DNA from: Candidatus Woesearchaeota archaeon
GTDB lineage: Archaea > Nanobdellota > Nanobdellia > Woesearchaeales > WJKL01
NCBI GenBank assembly: GCA_014729145.1
Contig: WJKL01000031.1
Coordinates: 1-35,204, forward strand
Direction: 5' to 3'
DNA: 35,204 nt
Position 1 is the stretch's first letter, and each line of letters opens with the position of its first letter. Below are positions 8,687 to 17,599 of the stretch, piece after piece. Position numbers and translations under genes: made by a program. The notes under the pieces were generated by a model. It saw only the letters and a list, made by a program, of their open reading frames with translations. It made no database searches and was not told the DNA's origin.

Positions 8687-9391
8687 ATGGGAGATCCAAA
8701 AAGAAACAGAGCCAAATTTTCAACACCGAAAAAGGCATGGGAAAAAGAAAGAATTGAAGAAGAGAAAGAACTAATCAAAGAATATCATTTTAAGAACAAA
8801 CAAGAGATATGGAAGCTGACATCTAAACTGAGAAATTTTTCAAGGCAGGCAAAAAGATTGATTGTTCTCAAGACAGAACAGGCTGAAAAAGAAAAGATAC
8901 AGCTTCTGAACAAATTAAAATCATTGGGGCTGCTGTCAGAGCAAGGTGATTTAGATGATGTTTTGGGAATCACCACAAAAGACCTTTTGGATAGAAGACT
9001 TCAAACTGTTGTTTTCAAAAAAGGCTTTGCAAAATCAATGAAACAGGCCAGACAATTCATAGTACACGGCCATATAGTCATAGAAAACAAAAAGATAACA
9101 TCTCCTAATTTTTTAGTTTCTGTTGAAAATGAAGGGAAAGTAGGATTTTCTCAAAGCTCTGAATTAAGTGATGAGATGCATCCTGAAAGAAAGAAAGAAG
9201 AAAAACTTCCCAAGAAACCCAAAGCAAAAGGAGAAAAAGGGAAATCCAAAGAAAACAAGAAAGACAGCAAGGAAGAAAGCAAACCTAAAAAGGAAAAGAA
9301 AGAATCCAAAGAAAACAAGAAAGAAAGTAAAGAAAAGAGCAAACCAAAAAAGAAAGAGAAATCTACAGAAAAAAAGAAAAAAGCTGAATAA
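8687..9391 (+). CDS. rps4: 30S ribosomal protein uS4 with Lys/Glu-rich tail
   Basis: [16 protein letters not shown] and [10 protein letters not shown] motifs. Confidence 0.97.
   Translation: MGDPKRNRAKFSTPKKAWEKERIEEEKELIKEYHFKNKQEIWKLTSKLRNFSRQAKRLIVLKTEQAEKEKIQLLNKLKSLGLLSEQGDLDDVLGITTKDLLDRRLQTVVFKKGFAKSMKQARQFIVHGHIVIENKKITSPNFLVSVENEGKVGFSQSSELSDEMHPERKKEEKLPKKPKAKGEKGKSKENKKDSKEESKPKKEKKESKENKKESKEKSKPKKKEKSTEKKKKAE
9242..9361 (+). repeat. two-copy 60-bp tandem repeat in the rps4 tail
   Basis: [20 protein letters not shown] / [20 protein letters not shown]; aatccaaagaaaacaagaaaga recurs 60 nt apart. Confidence 0.85.
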
Positions 9392-9393
9392 GA

Positions 9394-9828
9394 ATGGCAA
9401 CAAAAAGAAGATCTGGGAAACCAAGAAGAACCGGAAAAAGAAACTTAAGATGGGGAATAGCACATATATATTCCAGCTATAACAACACTATAATCCATAT
9501 TACTGATGTAACAGGAACTGAAACATTGGCTCTTGCTTCAGGAGGACAAGTAGTCAAATCAGACAGGCTTGAAAGTTCATCTACAGCAGCAATGACTGCA
9601 GCAAAGAAGGCTGCAGAGATAGCAAAGGGCAAAGGAATAGATGGAATCCATGTCAAGATAAAAGCTCCAGGAGGGCATAACGGACCTATGAATCCTGGCC
9701 CCGGGGCTCAGGCAGCAATAAGGGCGTTATCAAGAGTCGGACTGAAGATAGGTATAATTCAGGATGTAACTCCTGTTCCTCATGACGGCTGCAGGAAGAA
9801 AGGAGGAAAAAGAGGTAGGAGGGTATAA
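9394..9828 (+). CDS. rps11: 30S ribosomal protein uS11
   Basis: [31 protein letters not shown] and DVTPVPHDG motifs. Confidence 0.98.
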   Translation: MATKRRSGKPRRTGKRNLRWGIAHIYSSYNNTIIHITDVTGTETLALASGGQVVKSDRLESSSTAAMTAAKKAAEIAKGKGIDGIHVKIKAPGGHNGPMNPGPGAQAAIRALSRVGLKIGIIQDVTPVPHDGCRKKGGKRGRRV

Positions 9829-9829
9829 A

Positions 9830-10609
9830 ATGGAGATAGAATCATTAGAACAAGATAAAGAGAAAGGAACACTTTCTTTTGTCATTAAAGACTCAAACCC
9901 TGTATTTGTCAATACATTAAGAAGAATGATAGTTGAAGAAGTTCCAACTTTGGCAATAGAAGATGTTGAATTTAGGAATAACAGCTCTGCTCTTTATGAT
10001 GAAGTGGTGGCCCACAGACTTGGCCTTATCCCTATTAAAACAGATTTAAGCTCATATGATCTGCCCAGTGAATGTTCGTGTAAAGGAAAAGGATGTTCAA
10101 AATGCACTTTAAAACTTACATTAGATACAGGCAAACTTGGAAATGTCTATGCAAAAGACATGAAAAGCAAAGATCCAAAATGCACCCCTGTATTCCCCAA
10201 TTCAATTATCGTTAAACTATTGAAAGGGCAGAAGATAGAACTTGAAGCTACTGCTGTTTTAGGACAGGGAAAGGAACACGCAAAATGGAGCCCTGGTCTT
10301 GTGACATATAAAGGCTACCCAATATTCGAAATAGAATCTAAAGGAGAGACATGCGAGGAAGCCTCAATAAAATGTCCTGTTGATGTATACGAGTTCAAGA
10401 GAGGAAAATTAACAGTTGCAAATCCTTTGAACTGTCATTTTTGCAATGCATGTACAGATGCATGCGAAGGTATAAAGATAAAACAAAGCAAAAAAGATTT
10501 TATCATTAATATTGAAAGCTGGGGCCAGCTGGATCCCAGAGAGATGGTCAAGGAAGCGCTCAAGATGCTGCAGAGCAAAGCAGATGAGTTTGAAAAGCTC
10601 CTCAAATAG
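9830..10609 (+). CDS. rpoD: DNA-directed RNA polymerase subunit D (Rpo3)
   Basis: NTLRR..EEVPTLAIEDV, HRLGLIP and KEHAKWSP motifs. Start reassigned to ATG 9830, just after the rps11 stop. Confidence 0.96.
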   Translation: MEIESLEQDKEKGTLSFVIKDSNPVFVNTLRRMIVEEVPTLAIEDVEFRNNSSALYDEVVAHRLGLIPIKTDLSSYDLPSECSCKGKGCSKCTLKLTLDTGKLGNVYAKDMKSKDPKCTPVFPNSIIVKLLKGQKIELEATAVLGQGKEHAKWSPGLVTYKGYPIFEIESKGETCEEASIKCPVDVYEFKRGKLTVANPLNCHFCNACTDACEGIKIKQSKKDFIINIESWGQLDPREMVKEALKMLQSKADEFEKLLK

Positions 10610-10623
10610 CCGTCTTCGCAAAT

Positions 10624-10737
10624 GCGGGGGTGGCAGAGCGGCCAAATGCGCAAGGTTGAGGCTTACAAAAGCATATGCTTTGTATTCAAATGCCTTGTTC
10701 CTTAGTGGATGCGCGAGTTCGAATCTCGTCCTCCGCA
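10624..10737 (+). tRNA. trnL: tRNA-Leu(GAG) with a canonical 37/38 intron (10662-10691)
   Basis: Acceptor GCGGGGG/CCTCCGC, A73, anticodon stem CAAGG/CCTTG, loop TTGAGG|G, long variable arm, TTCGAAT T-loop. BHB central helix TTGA/TCAA. Confidence 0.93.
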
Positions 10738-10760
10738 TAATATATTCAAAAATATTCAAA

Positions 10761-11123
10761 ATGGCAAAGAGAACAGGACCAACAAACCCCTTGTTAAAAG
10801 GATTGGTCCAAGAATTAAGGAAAAAAGCCAATGAACACGGCTGTAATATATGGAAAAGGGTAGCTGATGATCTAGAGAAATCTTCAAGGAAAAGAAGAAT
10901 AATCAACCTTTACAAGATAAATAAAGCCACAAAGGAAAATGAAACTGTGATTGTTCCTGGAAAGGTCTTAAGTGTTGGAGATATAGACCACAATATCACT
11001 GTAGCGGCTTTTAATTTTTCAGACAGTGCTTTGGAAAAAATAAACAAAAAAGGAAAAGCAATATCTATAACAGAATTGATAAAAAAAGACCCGAAAGGCA
11101 AGAAAATAAGAATATTAGGTTAA
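10761..11123 (+). CDS. rpl18e: 50S ribosomal protein eL18
   Basis: MAKRTGPTNP, IWKRVADDL and IVPGKVL motifs. Start reassigned downstream of the tRNA. Confidence 0.96.
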   Translation: MAKRTGPTNPLLKGLVQELRKKANEHGCNIWKRVADDLEKSSRKRRIINLYKINKATKENETVIVPGKVLSVGDIDHNITVAAFNFSDSALEKINKKGKAISITELIKKDPKGKKIRILG

Positions 11124-11124
11124 A

Positions 11125-11538
11125 ATGATAATAAATGCTGAAGATTTAATATTAGGAAGAATAGCAACAGTTGCTGCAAAGAATGCCCTGATGGGAGAAA
11201 GGATAGATATTGTCAACTGTGAGAAAGCAGTGATGACTGGAAACAAGAAAGAAATCCTTGCAAGATACAAGAAAAAAAGAGAGATGGGCCAGGTTTATCA
11301 TGGTCCTTATATATTCAGAAGACCTGATATGTTTGTAAAGAGACTGATAAGAGGTATGCTTCCATATAAACAGGAAAAAGGAAGGAAAGCCCTTGAAAGG
11401 ATAAGGTGCCATAGTGGCGTTCCAGAAAAACCAAAAGAAGGAAAGATGGAAACAATAGAAGAAGCAAATATCTCAAAGGTCCCTAGTTTAAGATATGTTA
11501 CTGTGAAGGACATCTGCAAATCAATGGGTGAAAAATAA
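11125..11538 (+). CDS. rpl13: 50S ribosomal protein uL13
   Basis: ILGRIAT..AK and IRGMLPYK motifs. Confidence 0.97.
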   Translation: MIINAEDLILGRIATVAAKNALMGERIDIVNCEKAVMTGNKKEILARYKKKREMGQVYHGPYIFRRPDMFVKRLIRGMLPYKQEKGRKALERIRCHSGVPEKPKEGKMETIEEANISKVPSLRYVTVKDICKSMGEK

Positions 11539-11937
11539 ATGGCAAAGCTTGTACATGAATCAGGAAAGAGAAAAAGCGCAATAGCAAGAGCTACATTAAA
11601 GCCTGGAACAGGAAAGGTAAGAATCAATAATAAGATGATAAATGTTTACGGAACAAAGTTCATGAGATTAAGGCTAAAAGAACCATTAATACTTGCAGAA
11701 GGGGTTGCAGATGAAGTTGATATCAATGTGGTTGTTTCTGGAGGAGGGGTAAGCTCTCAGGCAGAAGCAGCAAGACTGGCAATAGCAAGAGCATTAGCCA
11801 AATATAAGAAAAGGCTTGAGAAGGTATTTTCAAATTATGACAGGCATCTGCTGGTTGCAGATGTAAGAAGAAAAGAATCTGCCAAACCAAACAGACAAGG
11901 CAAAGCAAGAGCAAGAAGACAAAAATCATACAGGTGA
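11539..11937 (+). CDS. rps9: 30S ribosomal protein uS9
   Basis: SGKRKSAIARA, GGGVSSQAEA and ARARRQKSYR motifs. Confidence 0.98.
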   Translation: MAKLVHESGKRKSAIARATLKPGTGKVRINNKMINVYGTKFMRLRLKEPLILAEGVADEVDINVVVSGGGVSSQAEAARLAIARALAKYKKRLEKVFSNYDRHLLVADVRRKESAKPNRQGKARARRQKSYR

Positions 11938-11944
11938 TTAAAAA

Positions 11945-12142
11945 ATGATAATTCCAGTAAGATGTTTCAGCTGCGGAAAACCAGTTTCCCACCTATGGGA
12001 CGAGTTTAAGGAAAGAGTAGAAGATGGAGAGGAAAGAAAAAAAGTCTTGGATGATCTGGGATTAGAGAGGTACTGCTGCAGAGCTTTGTTCATGGGACAT
12101 GTTGATCTGATAGATACGGCAGGAGAGTTTAAGAAGTTTTGA
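11945..12142 (+). CDS. rpoN: DNA-directed RNA polymerase subunit N (Rpo10)
   Basis: [12 protein letters not shown]...RYCCR motif. Confidence 0.98.
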   Translation: MIIPVRCFSCGKPVSHLWDEFKERVEDGEERKKVLDDLGLERYCCRALFMGHVDLIDTAGEFKKF

Positions 12143-12235
12143 TTATTTTTTAATTTAAACTATTTTTTCTGATTTAATCTTAAAATAAAGATTTTATCAT
12201 AAATTTTATATATAATCCAGGTTAAATCTCCTTAT

Positions 12236-14884
12236 ATGGCTGATTTCAAGAAAATCCAGGAAAAATGGCAGAAGAGATGGACCGAGAATAAAGTCTTTAA
12301 GGTCAAAAAAGACCCTAAGATACCTAAATTCTATTGTTTGGAGATGTTCCCATATCCATCTGGAAGTGGTTTGCATATGGGCCATGCATTTAATTATTCT
12401 ATTGGAGATAGTTATGCAAGATTCAAGAGGATGCAGGGATTTAATGTAATATATCCTATGGGCTATGATTCATTTGGACTTCCTGCTGAGAATGCAGCAA
12501 TAAAGCAAGGGCTACATCCAAAAGAGCATACTGAGAAAACAGTTTCTAGGTTTATAGAACAGCAGAAGGATCTAGGCCTGAGCTATGACTGGGATAGGAT
12601 GGTAAGTACATGCACTCCTGAATATTACAAATGGAACCAGTTTTTCTTTTTGAAGTTCTTGGAAAAAGGACTAGTATATAGAAAAAAAGCACCAGTCAAC
12701 TGGTGCCCCAAATGCAACACAGTTTTAGCCAATGAGCAGGTACACGACGGCAGATGCTGGAGACATGAGGATACCGATGTTGATCAGAAGATGCTTGAAC
12801 AGTGGTTTATCAAGACCACAGAATATGCTGACGAACTGCTTGAGGATATTGAAAAATTAAAATGGCCCGAAAGGATAAAGATCATGCAGAGAAACTGGAT
12901 CGGAAAAAGCAAAGGAGTTACACTGCAGTTTGATGTTGTGGATGAAAATGACAAAAAGATAGATGATATAGAGACATTTACTACCAGAGTCGATACAGTT
13001 TACGGAATTACATACCTTGTTCTTGCTGCAGAGCACCCCAAGGTAATCGAATGGACAAAGGGGACAAAAATTGAAAAAAAGGTCAAAGATTTTATTAAGA
13101 ATGTAAAGAAGCAGAGTGTTATTGAAAGAACAGCCGAAGGAAAAGAAAAGAATGGGCTGTTTTTGGGAAAATGGTTTATCAACCCTTTTACAGGAGAAAA
13201 ATGTCCTTTATGGGTTGCTGACTATGCATTGTATGATTATGGAACCGGAGCTGTTATGGCTGTTCCTACGCATGACCAGAGAGATTTTGATTTTGCAAGG
13301 AAATATGAGCTTCCGATGAGGGTTGTTATATCTCCATCTGATTATGAATTGAATGCAGAGAAGATGTCAAGAGCATATATGGATGATGGAGAGATGATCA
13401 ATTCAGGAGATTTTAACGGGATGAACAACAGAGATGCGATGGAAGCTATAGCAAACCTTGCTGAAGAAAAAGGATGGGGAAAGAAAACTACAAACTATAA
13501 GCTTAAAGACTGGCTTGTAAGCAGGCAGAGATATTGGGGGACACCAATTCCTATAGTCTATTGCGAGAAATGCGGTGTTGTTGGAGTTCCTGAAAAAGAG
13601 CTGCCTGTAAAGCTTCCCGAAGATGTTGAGTTTGGCAAAGGGAATCCTTTAGAGACAAATAAAGATTTTATCAACACAAAATGCTCCAAATGTGGAGGTC
13701 CAGCAAAAAGAGAAACAGATACAATGGATACTTTTTTTGATTCAAGCTGGTATTTTTTAAGATACTGTGATAGCAAAAACAACAAAAAAGCTTTTGACAA
13801 GAGCAAGGTAAAATATTGGATGCCTGTTGACCAGTATATAGGGGGAGCAGAGCATGCCTGCATGCATCTGATATATGCAAGATTTTTTACAAAGGCATTG
13901 AGAGATTTAGGATTTTTAGATTTTAGCGAACCTTTTACTAAATTGTTTAACCAAGGAATGCTGCATGGTCCAGACAGTCATGTGATGAGTAAATCCAGAG
14001 GCAATGTTGTTTTGCCTGAAGAGATAAGTGGCAAGTATGGTATAGATACAGCACGGTTTTTTTTAATGAGTATAGCTTCTCCTGATAAGGATCTGGAATG
14101 GAGCGATAAAGGTATAGAAGGAAGCTCAAGATTCATGAAGAAACTTTTTGATTATTTTGAAAATGTAAAGACTGGAAAGTCAAGTAAGAAAGTTGAAAGC
14201 AAACTGAACAAGGCAATAAAAGGGATTACAGAAGACATTGAAAATTTCAGATATAATTTTGCTATAATAAAGATAAGGGAATTGTTTGATTCTTTGGAGA
14301 ATGAAGTCAACAAAGATACGCTGGAGAAATTTTTGAAACTATTGCATCCTTTCTGTCCCCATTTTACAGAAGAACTTTGGGAAAAGATTGGCAACAAGCC
14401 TTTTATTACAACAGAAGAGTGGCCAAAATATGATGAAAGCAAGATTGACCTTAAAGCAGAAGAAGTTGAGAATTTTGTAGAAGGTGTTATTGAAGATATA
14501 AGGAATGTTCTAGAATTAGCCGATGTTAAAAATCCAGATGAGATTATCTTGTTTGCAGCAGACAAATGGAAATATGATTTCTTTAAAGATCTGAAGGAAG
14601 AGATGGAAGAGACAAGAAATACAGGAGAGTTGATAAAGAAAACAATGATAAAAGAGCATGGAAAAGAGATATCTAAATTGATCCCAAAATTAGTGAAGGA
14701 TCCAACAAAAGTTCCTGAAGTTGTTTTGGAACAGAAGACAGAAATCGAAGCGATAAAAGATAATCTCGACAGGATCAAAGAGAAATTTGGAACTGATAAA
14801 GTAGCTGTATTCAAGGCTGATGAAAGTGATGAAAAAAAAGCAAGACAGGCAATGCCTGGAAAACCAGCCATATTGATAAAATGA
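12236..14884 (+). CDS. leuS: leucine--tRNA ligase (bacterial-type core)
   Basis: MFPYPSG.GLHMGH, TVLANEQV, CP1 editing motifs FTTRVDT and GTGAVMAVPTHDQRD, SRQRYWG, VMSKS. Confidence 0.98.
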   Translation: MADFKKIQEKWQKRWTENKVFKVKKDPKIPKFYCLEMFPYPSGSGLHMGHAFNYSIGDSYARFKRMQGFNVIYPMGYDSFGLPAENAAIKQGLHPKEHTEKTVSRFIEQQKDLGLSYDWDRMVSTCTPEYYKWNQFFFLKFLEKGLVYRKKAPVNWCPKCNTVLANEQVHDGRCWRHEDTDVDQKMLEQWFIKTTEYADELLEDIEKLKWPERIKIMQRNWIGKSKGVTLQFDVVDENDKKIDDIETFTTRVDTVYGITYLVLAAEHPKVIEWTKGTKIEKKVKDFIKNVKKQSVIERTAEGKEKNGLFLGKWFINPFTGEKCPLWVADYALYDYGTGAVMAVPTHDQRDFDFARKYELPMRVVISPSDYELNAEKMSRAYMDDGEMINSGDFNGMNNRDAMEAIANLAEEKGWGKKTTNYKLKDWLVSRQRYWGTPIPIVYCEKCGVVGVPEKELPVKLPEDVEFGKGNPLETNKDFINTKCSKCGGPAKRETDTMDTFFDSSWYFLRYCDSKNNKKAFDKSKVKYWMPVDQYIGGAEHACMHLIYARFFTKALRDLGFLDFSEPFTKLFNQGMLHGPDSHVMSKSRGNVVLPEEISGKYGIDTARFFLMSIASPDKDLEWSDKGIEGSSRFMKKLFDYFENVKTGKSSKKVESKLNKAIKGITEDIENFRYNFAIIKIRELFDSLENEVNKDTLEKFLKLLHPFCPHFTEELWEKIGNKPFITTEEWPKYDESKIDLKAEEVENFVEGVIEDIRNVLELADVKNPDEIILFAADKWKYDFFKDLKEEMEETRNTGELIKKTMIKEHGKEISKLIPKLVKDPTKVPEVVLEQKTEIEAIKDNLDRIKEKFGTDKVAVFKADESDEKKARQAMPGKPAILIK

Positions 14885-14905
14885 AAAATCTAAAAAATAA
14901 ATAAT

Positions 14906-16510
14906 TTATTTTTTTATATATTCATTACCGTTTCTTAAGATTAAATTAAGTATCTTTTCTGTTGCTTTAAGTGCTGCGAATGTTTGATCTGTCTCTATTC
15001 CGTGTGACTGCATCTTCCTATTGTTGTATTTCCATCCGATTGAAGCAAGCGTCAATGCAGATGTTTCTCCTCCTGGAGGTATAGTCACATTATAGTCTAA
15101 TAGTTTAGGGGGTTCTATCCCTTTTTTGGAAAGCATCTTTTTGATAGAATTCATAGCAGCATCATAACCTCCATCTCCTTTAGCTTTTTGCTTCATGATA
15201 TTACCTTTATAGTCTATCTTAACGTAAGCTGATCTTTCCCCATTTATCTCGGTCTTTATAATACAATCTAAGATCTTAAAAGGGACCATCTCTGGCTGTT
15301 CGAAGAGGTCTGCTATCAAGAAAAGTAAATCAGGCTGGGTTATCTGCTCTTTTTTTTGGCCGATTTCTGCAACCTCATCTCTTAAAATTTTAATCTGTTT
15401 TGAAGAAAGTTCTATTCCAAGATCTTTTAGATTCATCTCTATGCTTGCTTTACCTACATTCTTGCCTAATGCATATTTTATTTTTTCCTTGCTGAATCTT
15501 CCAGGAGATGTTAAAGGTGTTTTGTATAAATTAGCTTTTTGGTCTCCATCTGCATGGACCCCACATGTTTGGGTTTTTACATTTTTTCCAATAATTGGAA
15601 CATTATAGGAAGGTTTTTTTCCTGATAATCCTGCAACTAAGTCGCTCATTTCCTGGTATTTTGACTCTTCAAATCCAAGATCTATATTGTAAATATCTTT
15701 CAGTACAACAGCTATCTCTATCAAAGAAGCATTTCCTGTTCTTTCTCCCAGGCTGTTAATTGTAGCATGAACTCCATCGATCCCTGCCAAAACAGCATGG
15801 ATTGTATTGGCTGTCGCAAGCCCATAATCATTATGAGCATGGAAATCATATTTTCCTGGAAATTTTTCTTTTATCTCTTTAATAAAACTGTAAGTCTGTT
15901 CTGGGGAAAGAACCCCTAATGTATCTGGAAGCATGATTCTTTTTATGTCTGAATTTTGAAGTCCATCAAGCATATAATAAATAAAATCTTTTGATTCTTT
16001 CATACCATTTGACCAATCTTCTAAGTACAGATTTACATCTATATCTTTTGATCCTGCATATTTGATAATCTTCTTTACATCTTCCAGATGCTGCTTTTTT
16101 GTCTTTCCAAGCTGTTCTTTTGCATGCCTTAAAGATCCTTTACAAAGAAGATTTGCTGTTCTACATCCAGATTCATAGATCCAGTCAATACTTTTTTTAT
16201 TGATAAAAGCAAGAACTTCAATATTTTTTAGATAATTGTTTTTTTTTGCCCAGCGGCAGATCGAGCTTACTGCATCAAATTCTTCTTTAGTTGTTCCTGC
16301 AGAAGCTACCTCTATCCTGTGAATCCCCAGATTTAGAAGTTTTTTTGCTATGGCAAGTTTTTCCTGTTTTGAAAAAGCAACCCCTTCTGTCTGCTCTCCG
16401 TCCCTAAGAGTTGTATCCATAATTTCAAGCTGCATATTATTTTCCCTTGTATTATGAATATTATTTTCTTTATAAAGTGTTGCTATTTTATTTTCAAGTT
16501 TTGTAGTCAT
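14906..16510 (-). CDS. cimA: (R)-citramalate synthase, Leptospira/Bacteroidota-type (DRE-TIM with regulatory domain)
   Basis: DTTLRDGEQ, YLEDWSNG, PDTLG, HAHND, GVHADGD, GDGGYDA and IPPGG motifs match my recollection of Leptospira CimA. GGAGG SD at 16517-16521 supports start 16510; alternative start 16435. Confidence 0.85.
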   Translation of the reverse strand: MTTKLENKIATLYKENNIHNTRENNMQLEIMDTTLRDGEQTEGVAFSKQEKLAIAKKLLNLGIHRIEVASAGTTKEEFDAVSSICRWAKKNNYLKNIEVLAFINKKSIDWIYESGCRTANLLCKGSLRHAKEQLGKTKKQHLEDVKKIIKYAGSKDIDVNLYLEDWSNGMKESKDFIYYMLDGLQNSDIKRIMLPDTLGVLSPEQTYSFIKEIKEKFPGKYDFHAHNDYGLATANTIHAVLAGIDGVHATINSLGERTGNASLIEIAVVLKDIYNIDLGFEESKYQEMSDLVAGLSGKKPSYNVPIIGKNVKTQTCGVHADGDQKANLYKTPLTSPGRFSKEKIKYALGKNVGKASIEMNLKDLGIELSSKQIKILRDEVAEIGQKKEQITQPDLLFLIADLFEQPEMVPFKILDCIIKTEINGERSAYVKIDYKGNIMKQKAKGDGGYDAAMNSIKKMLSKKGIEPPKLLDYNVTIPPGGETSALTLASIGWKYNNRKMQSHGIETDQTFAALKATEKILNLILRNGNEYIKK

Positions 16511-16575
16511 TTTAATCCTCCTACTACTAATTCTTTATTTTTCAAGACCCAGAATTAGCAGATTGTTAGGGCCTT
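16511..16575 (-). promoter_or_regulatory. attenuator-like switch upstream of cimA
   Basis: Stem CTGCTAATTCT(16561-16551)/AGAATTAGTAG(16534-16524) plus CCTA/TAGG into the SD. Competing helix AAGGCCC(16575-16569)/GGGTCTT(16550-16544). Confidence 0.7.
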
Positions 16576-16663
16576 ATGCTATAATGGTGATAATGATAGA
16601 GATTAAACTGATAAAAAGCATATTCAAGAGGCTGTTTTTTAATCTTTTTAATCTAAATGTCAT
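16574..16663 (-). CDS. Ile-rich leader peptide MTFRLKRLKNSLLNMLFISLISIIITIIA (29 aa; inner ATG at 16621)
   Basis: Hand translation; 7 Ile in the last 12 sense codons. The ATG directly follows the TAA of the upstream ORF. Confidence 0.75.
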   Translation of the reverse strand: MTFRLKRLKNSLLNMLFISLISIIITIIA

Positions 16664-16972
16664 TTACCAGCTTTCTTCTTTTTTTTGTTTTTGAAATCTT
16701 CTTTTAAATTCTTCAATTATATATTTTTCAAAACCATTTTTAGAGCCTGCAGTGCTTTTGACTGGGGTTCCAAAGTCAAATTTTTCATAATCCCACGGTT
16801 CTCCATTTGATTTTGTTCTTGGTACGAATTTTCCATCTATATATTTATGGTTCAAGTAAACAATACACATCCCTTTTTTTCCGGTTTCATTTTCATATTC
16901 TATATAACAGCACGGATTTCCTGTTCTTGTTGGCTGATTTTCAATTTTTGTTATATTGTATGTTGTTTGCAT
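16664..16972 (-). CDS. hypothetical protein (102 aa), ORF B of the attenuated operon
   Basis: GAGGAG SD at 16979-16984; no family recognised. Confidence 0.7.
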   Translation of the reverse strand: MQTTYNITKIENQPTRTGNPCCYIEYENETGKKGMCIVYLNHKYIDGKFVPRTKSNGEPWDYEKFDFGTPVKSTAGSKNGFEKYIIEEFKRRFQKQKKEESW

Positions 16973-17057
16973 TTTTATCTCCTCTATTTCTGTTCAGAGC
17001 TTTATCAAGAATAAATTTTTCCTGCAAAGCCCAGAAACAGCTGTTTTGGCTTTACAG
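16973..17057 (-). promoter_or_regulatory. attenuator-like switch upstream of ORF B
   Basis: Stem CTGTTTCTG(17040-17032)/CAGAAATAG(16992-16984) with inner GGCTTT/AAAGCT. Competing helix CTGTAAAGCC(17057-17048)/GGCTTTGCAG(17031-17022). Confidence 0.7.
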
Positions 17058-17126
17058 CGCTATAATTGCCACTAGCACGACTACTAAAATAAGGTTCAAT
17101 ATCTGTTTTGCACTAGTTGGTTTCAT
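17052..17126 (-). CDS. Ile/Leu/Val-rich leader peptide MKPTSAKQILNLILVVVLVAIIAL (24 aa)
   Basis: Hand translation; 13 of the last 16 codons are I/L/V, including GTA GTC GTG CTA GTG. The ATG overlaps the TGA of ORF A (ATGA). Confidence 0.75.
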   Translation of the reverse strand: MKPTSAKQILNLILVVVLVAIIAL

Positions 17127-17599
17127 CTTAAATTTTTATAGGTGCGCTCATATTTAAAACTTGTTATTTTATTTTTAAAATAATTTTCTATAAGTGGAGG
17201 TACTTTATCCATATGAAAATAATTATTTATTGGATATTTTTTTCCGGTTTTCATATTTTCAATCAATGTGTGGTCTATCATAGGCCGCACCATATCTTCT
17301 GTTGTTTTTTCAATAAGATTATCTAATTGTTCTGCTTCTCTTTCTGATATCTGGAATCCCACAATTCTAATAGCATCTAGACCACACAAATGTCTTTCTG
17401 TCAATTCTTTCTTAACTTCAACTATAAAAGGCATTTCCCCATAGACTCTGAAATGTGCTACTTCAGATTTTGCGTGTTCAGCTCCTGGTTCTTTTGTAAG
17501 AGATGTATCAACTTTTTTATTTTTTGGAATTAATCCAACATTTCTGATTTTTTCTATTATTTCATCGATATATTTGATTTTATCTATTTGATAATTCAT
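17123..17599 (-). CDS. hypothetical protein (158 aa), ORF A of the attenuated operon
   Basis: AGGAGG SD at 17605-17610 favours start 17599 (MNYQID...); no family recognised. Confidence 0.7.
   Translation of the reverse strand: MNYQIDKIKYIDEIIEKIRNVGLIPKNKKVDTSLTKEPGAEHAKSEVAHFRVYGEMPFIVEVKKELTERHLCGLDAIRIVGFQISEREAEQLDNLIEKTTEDMVRPMIDHTLIENMKTGKKYPINNYFHMDKVPPLIENYFKNKITSFKYERTYKNLR

Noticed and set aside
9151..9482. Alternative-frame and antisense ORFs over the rps4 tail
   Set aside because: By-products of low-complexity A-rich sequence lacking stop codons.
10512..10760. 83-aa N-terminal extension of eL18
   Set aside because: It runs through the rpoD end and tRNA-Leu; the real start is 10761.
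14152..14871. 239-aa antisense ORF in leuS, and similar shadows such as 7121-7618, 20176-20802 and 25439-25921
   Set aside because: Ser/Phe/Ile-rich mirror frames of well-supported genes, with no motifs or SD sites.
16807..17157. 116-aa plus-strand ORF across the leader operon
   Set aside because: TTG start, no SD, and antisense to SD-supported ORFs and a leader peptide.
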